Shown: positions 11,845 to 23,688 of the stretch, in pieces
Layout: each line of letters starts with the position of its first letter
Numbering within the stretch: the first letter of the stretch is position 1
Origin: Octopus sinensis
Lineage: Eukaryota
Direction of reading: 5' to 3'
Length of the DNA: 28,926 nucleotides
Assembly: GCF_006345805.1 (NCBI RefSeq)
Contig: NW_021833153.1
Coordinates: forward strand, 1-28,926
The notes under the pieces: model-generated
What the model was told of the DNA's origin: nothing
The model's input: only the letters and a program-made list of their open reading frames with translations
Databases searched by the model: none
Program-made: the position numbers and the translations under genes

Positions 11845-12153
11845 TATATAGAGATTTATAGAGTCAGACAACGGTTAGATAGCTAGATAGAAAGATGCGC
11901 ATGCGTATACATATATAGAATCTGTCTCATATAAAGAGGATTGTCTGTATAATCGCATCATCTCCTAGAGTGCCAATACTTGCACGTGATGAATCCGATG
12001 ACACCACGTTTGGTGATTCATATCTAGGACATAAACCAGTCATGCGTGTAGGCGGTATCTGGGTTCAACTCCAAGCCTTGCAGGAGTTTTTAGATTATGT
12101 AATGTGTCCGTTTATTTCAGTTATGAGTGGGTGGTCATATACACCTGTTGTAA

Positions 12154-12235
<82 letters not shown>

Positions 12236-12470
12236 CTGTATATGTATATATATACACATATATACGTATATATATGTATCCATTTATATATATATATTGT
12301 GTGGTGTGTGTGTATATACATACACATATATACATAAATATATATATGTATATATATACATTCATACACATACACACACACATACATTCATATAAATATA
12401 AATGTTTTATGTTCAGTTATAATAAAATTAGTTGTACATTAATCTGTGTGTATGTGTGTGTGTGTGTATG
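11455..12470. repeat. Compound (TA)n/(TATG)n/(TATC)n/(TG)n microsatellites around a unique island at 11880-12155
   Basis: Directly visible. Confidence 0.92.
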
Positions 12471-12546
12471 ATTCAAAAATCCCAACAAAGACAGGCAATC
12501 ACAACAAGTAAGATGTCTTAGTTTGATGCTCAGGAAAATTGGGATA

Positions 12547-12585
12547 GTCTTTGACGTTTCGAGCCTACGCCCTTCTACCGAAAAG
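12547..12585 (-). ncRNA. Minimal hammerhead-like motif, variant core, copy 1
   Basis: Minus: CTTTT-CGGTAGA-A-GGGC-GTAG-GCTC-GAAAC-GTC|AAAG. Confidence 0.45.
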
Positions 12586-12699
12586 AATGAGTAAAGAAAA
12601 GAACGGTTGGCAAAAAAATCGTTACTTTTAAGTGCTGCAACTGAATATCTCTCGTTGAGAGATTTAGAATCAACAATATTTCTATTTTATTAGATCAGT

Positions 12700-12765
12700 G
12701 ACTATATATGTGTGTGTTTGTATATAAACAAATATATATATATAAATAGCAGTAGTAGCAGTCCT

Positions 12766-12807
<42 letters not shown>

Positions 12808-13020
12808 TCTATCTATGTATCTATCTTTATATATATATATATATATATAGGGAGAGTTCACGAAAAAGACAAAAGACAAAAGACAGGTGGTGTAGAAAAG
12901 AAACAGATGTATTAGTATAACGCTCAGGAATAGAAAAAAAACTTTTACGTTTCGAGCCTACGCTCTTCTACAAAAGGGACAGAAAAAAAAACAAGGGAGA
13001 AAAAAAAGTGTAGTGGCTAC

Positions 13021-13052
<32 letters not shown>

Positions 13053-13167
13053 TTAATATATATAGATATATATATATCATACATACATACATATATAATA
13101 TATATATACTATATATAATATATATATATATTATATATAATATATTATATATAACTATATATATATA

Positions 13168-13205
<38 letters not shown>

Positions 13206-13260
13206 TATATATATATATATATATGCATATACGTATACATATAGATTACATACAATATAC
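12700..13260. repeat. (TA)n-rich tracts (12700-12850, 13015-13260)
   Basis: Directly visible. Confidence 0.93.
12942..12976 (-). ncRNA. Minimal hammerhead-like motif, variant core, copy 2
   Basis: Minus: CTTT-TGTAGA-A-GAGC-GTAG-GCTC-GAAAC-GTA|AAAG; flanks homologous to copy 1 (AGATGT..TAGT...GCTCAGGAA). Confidence 0.45.
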
Positions 13261-13599
13261 ACAAGTATGAAACCTCGTTTTGGAAAGTAGGGATGTGAAA
13301 GTCCCAATCAATATCCTTGAGTTAAATCGAAAGTAACAGTTCTGTGTCAGCAACCAGCGGCAGCCTCGGCTTATTTGGTTACGGCTGAAAGAAGATGTAA
13401 GGGACATAACTGCTTGTAGAGACAATCAAGTGTCATCATCGTGTGTCTCCATCTCTTCAATGGGTACCCGTTCTGTATGAGTACCTTAATTGCAAACACT
13501 TAAAGCCCTCTACACCAAGCAGTCTTTATCGTCATCCAGTCTCTACATTGCGGTATTAAACCTATTTGTTTATTTTTACTTCAAAAAAATTACAATATA

Positions 13600-14060
13600 T
13601 GCGCAGGCGTGGCTGTGTGCTAAGAAGTTTGCTTCCCGATCGCATGGCTCATGGTTCAGTCCCACTGTGCGGCACCTTGGGCAAGTGTCTTCTACTATAA
13701 GCCTTGTCTGTTGACTTGGTAGACGGAAACCGAAAGAAGCCTGTCATATACGCACACACACACATATATGTATGTGTATATGTATGTATGTATGCATGTA
13801 TGTATGTATGTATGTATGTATGCATGTATGTATGTATGTATTTATGTATGTATGTGTGCGTGTGTGTGTGTGTTTGTGTGTATTTGTGCTCCACCACCAC
13901 TTGGAAACCGGCAATGGTTTGTTTACGTCCCCGTAACTTATTAGTCCGGCAAAAGAGGGCAATAGAATAGGTACCATGCTAAAACCAGTACTGGGGTCGA
14001 TCCATTCGATTAAAGTCTCTTTGAGACGATGCTCCAGCATGGCCTCAGTCTAATAGCTAA
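13600..14060 (+). mobile_element. SINE family A, older/diverged copy with internal (TATG)n
   Basis: GCGCAGGCGTGGCTGTGTG...GGTTCAGTCCCACTG...tail GATGCTCCAGCATGGCCTCAGTC. Confidence 0.88.
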
Positions 14061-14154
14061 GAGATATGTGATGTTTCAGTTTTCAGCTGAAAGTCAGTTC
14101 ATAATTGTCGTTCCTAAACGAGGACCCCAAGAGATTTAGTGGAAAGGCAACAAT

Positions 14155-14290
14155 CATTTTTATCGACCTCCATACTTGACAGGAAATTATTTCTTCGATT
14201 CAGGAGGGAATCGAACGTAGCATGTAAAGAGACGGAACAAATGCCGTTTAGCATTTTGTCCGCTGCTCTAACAATTCCGACGATCTACTT
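14155..14290 (-). mobile_element. Degenerate SINE family B
   Basis: Remnants TTTATCGAC, GAATCGAACGTAG, TTAGCATTTTGTCCG..CTCTAACAATT. Confidence 0.5.
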
Positions 14291-16005
14291 CCCACGTTAA
14301 CTATTAATTCTTCAACTGAATATATTCCAATCGATCAGGAAATTAGGAATAAATGTCTCTCTTTATCTTCAAGGCTGAGAGTCGGGGCCCCAGAGCCATA
14401 TATATTTTGTGTACTTATGTTTTCTTAGGTACGAGCAGGGTCGGTGAACCCCGAGTTCTCGTCTGACTCAATTTATTATCAGGGCCAACGTTGTTATCCT
14501 TCACCTCTTCAAACGCAATCTCATGTAGTGAGGGTTTAATTTTGGAGCATTCCCTTTCCAAATCTGGTAAAAAAAATACCTCTCAAGGTTGTCAGACCCA
14601 GACCTCTCACAACCCTTGTGCTTTGGACACAGTAGTAACTTCACTTAGAGACGCGCTTTGATATAAACTTTGAGATGCCTCACTCCAAGTAGGTTTAAGA
14701 TGCACATTGGACCCTAACTCGAAATACCCAAATCCCTACTTTATTACTAGATAGTCACTGACCCTTCGCTGGGGATCATCGCTGATTGTAGTAAACACAC
14801 ATTTGAATTATTGGAATGAGGAAGAGAGCCATTACTGTCTATCAAAAAAACCTTCAAAGGTTAACTTTTATAAGAGAACGAGGTTTAGAATAAATATTAG
14901 CCATGATACAGCAATTGATGCCAAAATGAAGAAGAAGTATTCTTCATTACCATTATTCTTCTACTAAGGAATTATGCAGTATTTCAAGGATTAAAAGCTC
15001 AAACGTGCGACAGTTTCTCAGATGAAAGAATCTTTGAGTCAAATTTATGTTTAGAAGAGAAGAAATCTTTTTCCAAAATGTTTTTTATTGTCGAAAATGA
15101 ATTGAAAAGAACTGTTGATCTGTCACTTAATTAAAGTGTTACCTGAAGGAATGGTTCTGTTTCCTCACAGCTACATAAGATTTTCCATAATTATTCAAAG
15201 GACCTTGAGAAGAATGCTACACATGTGACCACCTCGTGATAATCTTAGAGCACTGATTCCACCAATAGCCCTGTTTCAAGAGGAAAAACACAAAATGTTT
15301 ATCGATAAAGGTCAGAGATTCTTGTTTAACATCTTTTTTAAAGAATTGATACATTTAATAACATCTTCGGATAAAAGGAAACTTGTGTTTCCTAACGACC
15401 TAATTTTCTAAGAGTACGAACGGATCCATATGCGGTAATTCACGAAGAACACAAGCACTGGTATAATTCCTTGTTATTTTAAGGCAAAGAAATCGCTTCA
15501 AGAAGTCGAAGTCATTCTGGATTAGGGCGTAATTCTCCACGTGAAATTAAATAACCTAATGAATTAATACAGATTAGAGCATGTCTTGCATTTATGTTTG
15601 TTTAATATCAGATTATTACATTTGGCAACTTTAAGTAAATTTGAAAGGTCGGTATCGTGTTTCGGATTTCGCTTCATCACAAATTAAAATAACAAAACAA
15701 CATCATCTCATCATTTAATTAGGAATAGACACTTTCCATATTAATTTCGTTGATAAATTCATTAAGATTACATAAAGACATTGACACATGCTGTTTGTAA
15801 CGCCCATAGAAGCTCAAGTAAATTGAGATGACCCCCACCTGCTATTGGAGTGACCAGCTATATATTTCCATCGATGTTATGCAAAACTGGTCTAAGTGCT
15901 ACTCTGACCAATTTTATAGGTGTTTGGTTACATCCTTGATCAGGTCCCGGAAAATTCTGTTTCCTTACTTGAGAAATTTATTGAAGAAATTACAAAATGG
16001 GAAAT

Positions 16006-16310
16006 TTAGTTAGTTAGTTAATTTTTTGGCTCAAAAAGCAACAAAGCAAGGCCATGTAGGGGGACATGGAGTTATGTACAGGGTGGTGTTCATGTAAAGA
16101 GTTCCGGCCACTTGAGGTCAAGGGAGACTTAGAACCGAGCGGTCGTCGGCATCTTCACCATCTCGTCCGGCAGCTTATTCCATGGATCCGCAACCCGGAC
16201 GGAGAAAGCCCCTCTCCGATTGAGATGAAATCGTCGCAGATAGAGCTTTTCGGAATGACCCCGCAGCCGACGCTCTGGAGCAGGAGTGAAGAACAGTTCA
16301 ACATCTCTGT
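16006..16310 (-). mobile_element. CR1-clade LINE 3' fragment with (TAAC)n tail
   Basis: Minus frame: RLRGHSEKLYLRRFHLNRRGAFSVRVADPWNKLPDEMVKMPTTARF*VSLDLKWPELFT*, matching the CR1 ORF2 C-terminal RGH..KL...FS.RV...WN.LP...LD..W motif; short tandem tail at 16006-16021. Confidence 0.85.
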
Positions 16311-16479
16311 CTCACGAAAATCGAGGGTCTCTCGGTTTTCCCACAAAAGAGAAACTAAAGATCTTGGATGATGTGTGGAATGGTAGGGCTTCAGTTGATC
16401 GAGGTATGGCATATAGAAATGGATATCTGGTGATTAGAAGATCAGAACCGAGAAACATCCTGTCCACGTGCTCCTGCCG

Positions 16480-16593
16480 TAAAACTAATAAGTACCAGTT
16501 GAGCACTGGGGTCGATGTAACCAACTATACCGTTCCCTTGTAAAGGTACAATTTGAGGTCTTGTACCTTTAGTAGAAAGGATTATTATTATTA
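16480..16593 (+). mobile_element. SINE family B 3' half ending in (ATT)n tail
   Basis: TAAGTACCAGTTGAGCACTGGGGTCGATGTAA...AGTAGAAAGGATTATTATTATT. Confidence 0.8.
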
Positions 16594-16911
16594 CATTTTT
16601 CATCGACCACAACTCTTAACTTCCCAAGCTAACCTTTCATATCTCTCGACTTTTCTTTCTTCCTTATCGCATACCTTGTTGTCAGCTGGGCATGCTATGT
16701 CTATGATCCAGCATCGTTTGCTTTCTTCCTCAATTAACACAATGTCTGGCTTCCTATTCTCTATCGCATGGTCGCATTGAATCATAAAATCTCATAAGAT
16801 CTTTGCATTTCCATTTTCGACGATACCTTCAGGTTTGTGGTCGTACAAATTTTTTGCTCTGTTAAGTCCATACTTGTAGCAAAGTGTCCAATGGACAAGC
16901 CTGGCTATATT
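16594..16911 (-). mobile_element. Second, divergent R4/Dong-like LINE family: internal RLE fragment
   Basis: NIARLVHWTLCYKYGLNRAKNLYDHKPEGIVENGNAKIL*DFMIQCDHAIENRKPDIVLIEEESKRCWIIDIACPADNKVCDKEERKVERYERLAWEVK; flanked both sides by (TAA)n. Confidence 0.88.
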
Positions 16912-16930
16912 ATTATTATTATTTTTATTC

Positions 16931-17070
16931 GAGCTGGCAGCATCGTAGGAGTGTTGAGAAAATCCATTACATTATTTCTTTCGGCCCTTAATGTTCTGAG
17001 TTCAAATGTCGTCGAGGTCACTTTCCTGTTTTCATCCTTTTGCGGATCGATAAAATGAAGTACCAGTTAT
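16931..17070 (+). mobile_element. Degenerate SINE family B
   Basis: GAGCTGGCAGCATCGT...GTTCTGAGTTCAAATGTCGTCGAGGTC...GATCGATAAAATGAAGTACCAGTT. Confidence 0.75.
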
Positions 17071-17104
17071 TATTGATAGATGTCCTTCAGATTTATTCCC
17101 CAGT

Positions 17105-17263
17105 GCTAATATAAGAAATCATCATCATCATCATCGTCATTATTATTATTATTATTATTATTACACAAAATTTTAAGCCTCGTGCCTATAGTTGAAAAGC
17201 TTATTATAATCGTTATTGTTATTGTTGTCGGTATTATTATTACTTACAATATTGTTATTATTA

Positions 17264-17320
<57 letters not shown>

Positions 17321-17328
17321 TTACAATA

Positions 17329-17368
<40 letters not shown>

Positions 17369-17410
17369 TTACAATATTTATATTATTATTATTATTATTA
17401 TTACTTACAA

Positions 17411-17449
<39 letters not shown>

Positions 17450-17485
17450 CATTATTATTGTTATTATTATTATTATTACTTACAA

Positions 17486-17518
<33 letters not shown>

Positions 17519-17526
17519 TTACAATA

Positions 17527-17616
<90 letters not shown>

Positions 17617-17670
17617 CATTATTATTATTATTACTATTATTATCGTTGTTGTTGTTGTTGTTATTATTAC
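17105..17670. repeat. (ATT)n array with recurrent ACTTACAAT interruptions
   Basis: Directly visible; 6 interruptions. Confidence 0.97.
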
Positions 17671-17939
17671 TCTTTCTCAGTTACATACAAATAATTTAAT
17701 TGGTTTATCATTTGCTTAGTGTCAATAATGTTATTGCAAGCGAGATAACATTCGTATTCTAATTAGATTAACTGACGTTGTGAATGTGGACGGGGGTGGG
17801 AGTCGGGGATAATGGATACGAGGTAAATGCGGCTAATGTTCAGTGTGGAACCTGTTGTAGTCAGGGAGAGCGTTAGAAACAGACAGACAGACAGACTGAC
17901 CGAATGGTGAGATAGAGTGTGTCTCCCATTGTAGGCCCG

Positions 17940-19030
17940 ATGACGACGGCGATGTCGATGATGATGTTGATGACGATGATGTTGATGATGATGATGGTGA
18001 TGATGATGATGATGTTGATGACGATGATGTTGATGACGATGATGTTGATGATGATGATGGTGATGATGATGATGGTGATGATGATGATGATGGTGATGTT
18101 GATGACGATGATGTTGATGATGATGATGGTGATGATGATGATGATGTTGATGACGATGATGTTGATGACGATGATGTTGATGATGATGATGGTGATGATG
18201 ATGATTACAATAACTCAAATTTGCTTTTCTTCTTTTCTTCCTCCTTCTCCTCCTCTTTGCTGTTATTGTTGTTGTTTTGTTGTTCTTCTTCTTCTTGTTC
18301 TTCTTCTTCTTCATCATTATCTTCTTCTTCTTCTCGTTCTTCTTCTTCTTCTCCTTCTTCTTCTTCTTCATCTTCTTCATCATTATCTCTTCTTCTTCTT
18401 CTTCTCGTTCTTCTTCTTCTTCTCTTCTTCTTCTTCTTCTCTCTTCTTCTTCTTCTTCTTCTTCTTCTTCTTCTTCTTCTTCATCTATCTCCTTTTAATG
18501 TTGCTCTTGTTGCCTCCTCCTTCCTTCCTTCCTTCCTTCCTTCCTTCCTTCTTTCCTTCCTTCCTTCCTTTTATTATTCTCATTCGATTCTTTCTCCATA
18601 ACTGCAACACTGTCTGGGACAGTCTTCCCCCCCGCCTCCATACCACCACCTGACTATACCCACAATCCTCCTACCGCCACCATCATCACACAATCCTCCT
18701 ACCGCCACCATCATCACAACGACGACCGTCACTGCCACCACCAACCACCACCACCACCACCACCACCACCACCACCACCACCACACCACCACCCCACCAC
18801 CACCACCAACAACAACAACACCATCACCACCACCAAACCACCACCACTACCACCACCACCTCCACCATCACCACCACCACCACCACCACCATCACCACCA
18901 CCGCCCACCACCCCCACCACCACCAACTCCACCACCACCACCACCACCACCACCACCACCACCACCACCAACTCCACAACCACTACCACAACCACCATCA
19001 TAAGCTCTATAACCACCGCCATTGCTAATA
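17940..19030. repeat. Consecutive (GAT)n, (TTC)n, (TTCC)n and (CAC)n arrays
   Basis: Directly visible: 17940-18205, 18220-18490, 18515-18570, 18640-19030. Confidence 0.96.
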
Positions 19031-19614
19031 ACACCCCCCTCACACCCACCCCCATACACGTTCTCTCGCAAATTCTTTCTGTTTATCTCATCTGAATTTT
19101 AGCAAATTAATTTCCGGTTTAAGGATTCTGTCGCCCCCCTCACTCTCCCTTTTGCCTTTTCTCTTTCTTATCTGCCTTTCATCTCCCTCTTTATCTAACT
19201 TTACTTATCTCTCCTCCCCCTCGTCCCTTTCTATCTCGATTTCTCACTCTCCTCTTACTGCTACCCCCTCCTGCTTTTCTCTTGTCTTATCGCCGTTCCT
19301 CACCTCATTCCAATACCTCTCCTCCCCCTCCCCTCACTCTCCGTCGCGCTTTCCTCGATGAAAAAGATAAGTAAACCATGTGACACAGTGGAGAGTGACT
19401 GACAAGAATGGCTGAGAGATAACCAGCCAGCCAGACAGACAACCAGACAACCAGGCAGCCAGACAAATAGATAATGAGCCACACGACCGACAAACAAAGA
19501 CAGACAAACGGACAGATAAATAGCCTGATAATGAGCCACACGACAAACCGAAACAAAAGAGAAAAGTAAAACATGGCGATAAGTCAAGAATGGAACAATC
19601 TGGGTTCCTCTCAA

Positions 19615-19850
19615 CTTCTCTACATTACTGGATGTCAGAACGGCGATGAACTGCCACAATCAGCGACAACAAGCTCTTAACCCTTACATTTATCTTCAGC
19701 TTTTACACCTTATCTGAATCTACACTCACTACTTTTCTTTTACTTTGTATTGTTTCTCTTTCTCCAATCTGTTCCATCAAGAAACCACCGGTGAGGCTAT
19801 GGGCACCACAATGGCTCCAAGTTACGACAACGGCTACATTTCATTTTTAT
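19615..19850 (+). pseudogene. Decayed Penelope-like element reverse transcriptase fragment
   Basis: Frame 19742-19840: TLYCFSFSNLFHQETTGEAMGTTMAPSYDNGYI, matching the PLE RT motif (L.N.FSF...Y.Q..G.AMG..MAPSYAN); upstream FSTLLDV...QALNPY resembles the RT LDV motif region. Confidence 0.7.
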
Positions 19851-20329
19851 AACAGATTAATCTAGGGAAGAAAGGGTGACAGCTTAGACTGTATTTTTAG
19901 AGCCTCAGAGACTATCAAGTGGAAGCGTATAAGTTATCTCCAAACTGGAGACATGGCACAGATGCTTATATTAAAGTAAGCTCTGTTAATGACAACTAAG
20001 GTCCATGTGATGGTATTAAACTATAACATAATTCAACAAAGTTAGGCTGTGCAATATTTTAATTTCCACCTCATCCACGTTACACTGATGATATAATACT
20101 GATGACGTCTAACAGAGTGAAACCTGTGTAGAAAGTTGTTTCTTGTCTGCGATTAAGATTGTCAATAGTTTCACTAACGAAAATAATTCTTCGTTTTCTG
20201 AAATTATCTACTCCTTCTCCATCGCTGTCGCTAAAAATTATCGCTACGCTTGAAAGGATATTTCGAAGTTTTTCAGAAACGAAGAGTTTGCTGTGTACGA
20301 TATTTAGTAAACCATCCTTTAGCTTACAT

Positions 20330-21470
<1,141 letters not shown>

Positions 21471-21673
21471 TGTATGTGAGTGTGTAAAAAAATGCCAAGA
21501 GAGCAAGAAATTATGTCAGGACCTTCATCAGCTTACATCTGTTTCTACCACAGGATGCAATGCGCTCATAGTTGAATGCTTGTGTTTTATCCCATAGATT
21601 CATCGGAGCTTAAAATGTGAAGTGCAATTTTATTTGGGATCAAACAGGCTTTTCTGATTAGATATATATAAAA

Positions 21674-22067
21674 CTAGCAGTATCGCCCGGCGTTGCTCGG
21701 GTTTGTAAGGGAAATAACTATATAAGCATTTTTAGAGATGTAAAGTATAATATCCATCTCAATATGGCTAACCACAAAGGGAGGGGGTGTTACTGTAGCT
21801 TTTTACGTTCTGAGATTTAATAAATTTTTAGAGAGTTACTTCCCTTATATATGCCAAAAATGCATTAAAAATGGGAAAAATTTATGGTAAATTTTTTTAA
21901 AATCGTAGACTCATCGTAGACGCGCGCTAATACCCAGAAGGGCTCGATATGAATCACGACTATAAGATACCCGGTTTTGGTTAAACTGCACCGCAAAATG
22001 TGGTTGTAGTTAGGAATCTAAATCGTAGGAGACAGACAGCACGCAACCTCTCTTTTATATATAAAGA
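21674..22067 (-). mobile_element. Non-autonomous Helitron (HINE), 394 bp
   Basis: Minus begins TCTTTATATATAAAAG, ends with the same hairpin+CTAG as 453-813; A|T insertion site. Confidence 0.88.
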
Positions 22068-22089
22068 TGTAAATATTAATAGTTATCGC

Positions 22090-22425
22090 CAAGCTAACAT
22101 GGCAGTCCAGAAAAATAGGACGAATGCTACCGTTGATTAGCTCCAAGAGACTATCGCCTCAAGCTAGCTATGTGACACATGACCCTGTGTCCATTATAAA
22201 CTTCGAACAGGGGAGGTCAGCCGCTTCCCCTTGCTGGTCTGGCATCTACAGACTAGTTTCAGGGTATTTGTCCCTTATCAATATAGAGTAGCCGAACCCA
22301 GCAGGTGTCGCTACTAACCGTCTGTTCGAAGGATTATTTACCTAAAATTCAGTGGAATACATCCAGACCAGCAAGAATTTTAGGAGAAAGACACTGCCGA
22401 ATATGCCTAACCTAGTAAATTAGGG
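22090..22425. other. Strongly self-complementary segment, candidate structured RNA or element terminus
   Basis: Perfect 10-bp (22201-10/22322-31) and 13-bp (22230-42/22363-75) inverted pairs in interleaved order plus 4-5 local hairpins. Confidence 0.45.
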
Positions 22426-22437
22426 CTATTTTATTTT

Positions 22438-22550
22438 ATAGGTCCCTAAAGGATGAAAAGCACAGTTGTCCTCGGCGGGATTTGAACACTGAATTTAAAG
22501 AGCTGGAATAAATATTACAACGCATTTTCCCAATGCTCTAACGATTTAGT
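22438..22550 (-). mobile_element. Degenerate SINE family B
   Basis: GGATGAAAAG...CTCGGCGGGATTTGAAC...ATGCTCTAACGATT. Confidence 0.6.
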
Positions 22551-22600
22551 GACATAATCAGCGAGAAAATATTGAAAGAAAACTAAAAAGTTAAACGATA

Positions 22601-23015
22601 GGCGCAGGAGTGGCTGTGTGGTAAGTAGCTTGCTAACCAACCACATGGTTCCAGGTTCAGTCTCACTGCGTGGCATCTTGGGCAAGTGTCTTCTGCTATA
22701 GCCCCGGGCCGACCAATGCCTTGTGAGTGGATTTGGTAGACAGAAACTGAAAGAAGCCCATCGTATATATGTACATATATATATATGTGTGTGTGTGTGT
22801 GTTTGTGTGTCTGTGTTTGTCTCCCTAGCATTGCTTGACAACCGATGCTGGTGTGTTTACGTACCCGTCACTTAGCGGTTCAGCAAAAGAGACAGATAGA
22901 ATAAGTACTGGGCTTACAAAAGAATAAGTCCCGGGGTCGATTTGATCGACTAAAGGCGGTGCTCCAGCATGGCCGCAGTCAAATGACTGAAACAAGTAAA
23001 AGAGTAAAAGTGTAA
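22601..23015 (+). mobile_element. SINE family A, full length, young
   Basis: GGCGCAGGAGTGGCTGTGTGGTAAGTAGC...GGCGGTGCTCCAGCATGGCCGCAGTCAAATGACTGAAACAAGTAAAAGAG. Confidence 0.94.
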
Positions 23016-23599
23016 AAGATCGAATTTAGCTCCGGCAATACACGAATTATTTTTGAAAATTTTTGTTCGAATTTCGATTTTCTTGTGTTCTTTATTCTCT
23101 TATCTAAAATTTTATTTTAATTTAATAAAATAAAATAAAACACCACGTGTAATAATTCTGTAAATATTTCAGCGAAAATCAACGAAGTTCGTCGAAGCTC
23201 GGATCGGGGCATGGTGGACGATAATTATAAGAGCAATCAGGACCAGAACGCAAAAGAAGAATACAAGAAGTACCAAAAGAAAAAAAAAATTAAAAAAGAA
23301 AGAAAAAAGGAAAACGGAGGAAATATTAAAAGGCATAAAAGAAAAGTTGAAAATTTTCTTCCATTTTGTAAATTTATTTATTTATTTAATATTTTTTTAT
23401 TTTCTTTATAGTTTCTGATTTAATCCGGTTGTGCAGTTTATCAGCGATAAATAACTCTGGCAGTCAGTGTGTTTACTCACACTTGTAATATAAACAAGGT
23501 CGCTCAGATGTTCGTTGCTTCTCTGTTGATGTTGATGTCGTGTTTGCTGTTGTTCCTCTTGTTTCTTTGTGTGTGTGTGTGGGGTGCGTTGGAGATACG

Positions 23600-23655
23600 T
23601 ATACATACACACACACACATACATATATATATACATATATATATATGTATGTATT

Positions 23656-23688
<33 letters not shown>

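Noticed and set aside
11895-11905. NRF1-like TGCGCATGCGT
   Set aside because: Embedded in alternating purine-pyrimidine repeats with no other promoter features
11919-12155. ~79 open non-repetitive codons (ORF 11970-12395 start)
   Set aside because: No recognisable domain or good donor; contains a B-box-like GGTTCAACTCC suggesting an old SINE
15645-15685. Minus-strand GTGATGAAGCGAAATCCGAAAC hammerhead-like string
   Set aside because: C3 missing, stem II and cleavage triplet not formed; too degenerate to support
21510-21545. Minus-strand CTGATGAAGG motif
   Set aside because: No downstream GAAA box
22230-22375. RNase P / MRP RNA (GGTCTG...CAGAC resembles P4), HDV-like ribozyme or telomerase RNA
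   Set aside because: Lacks the GGAAnnUC CR-I box and ordered CR-II to CR-IV; region between helices too long for HDV P3/L3 and no J4/2 catalytic C; no telomeric template
23211-23411. Lys-rich 66-aa ORF
   Set aside because: Driven by A-rich low complexity
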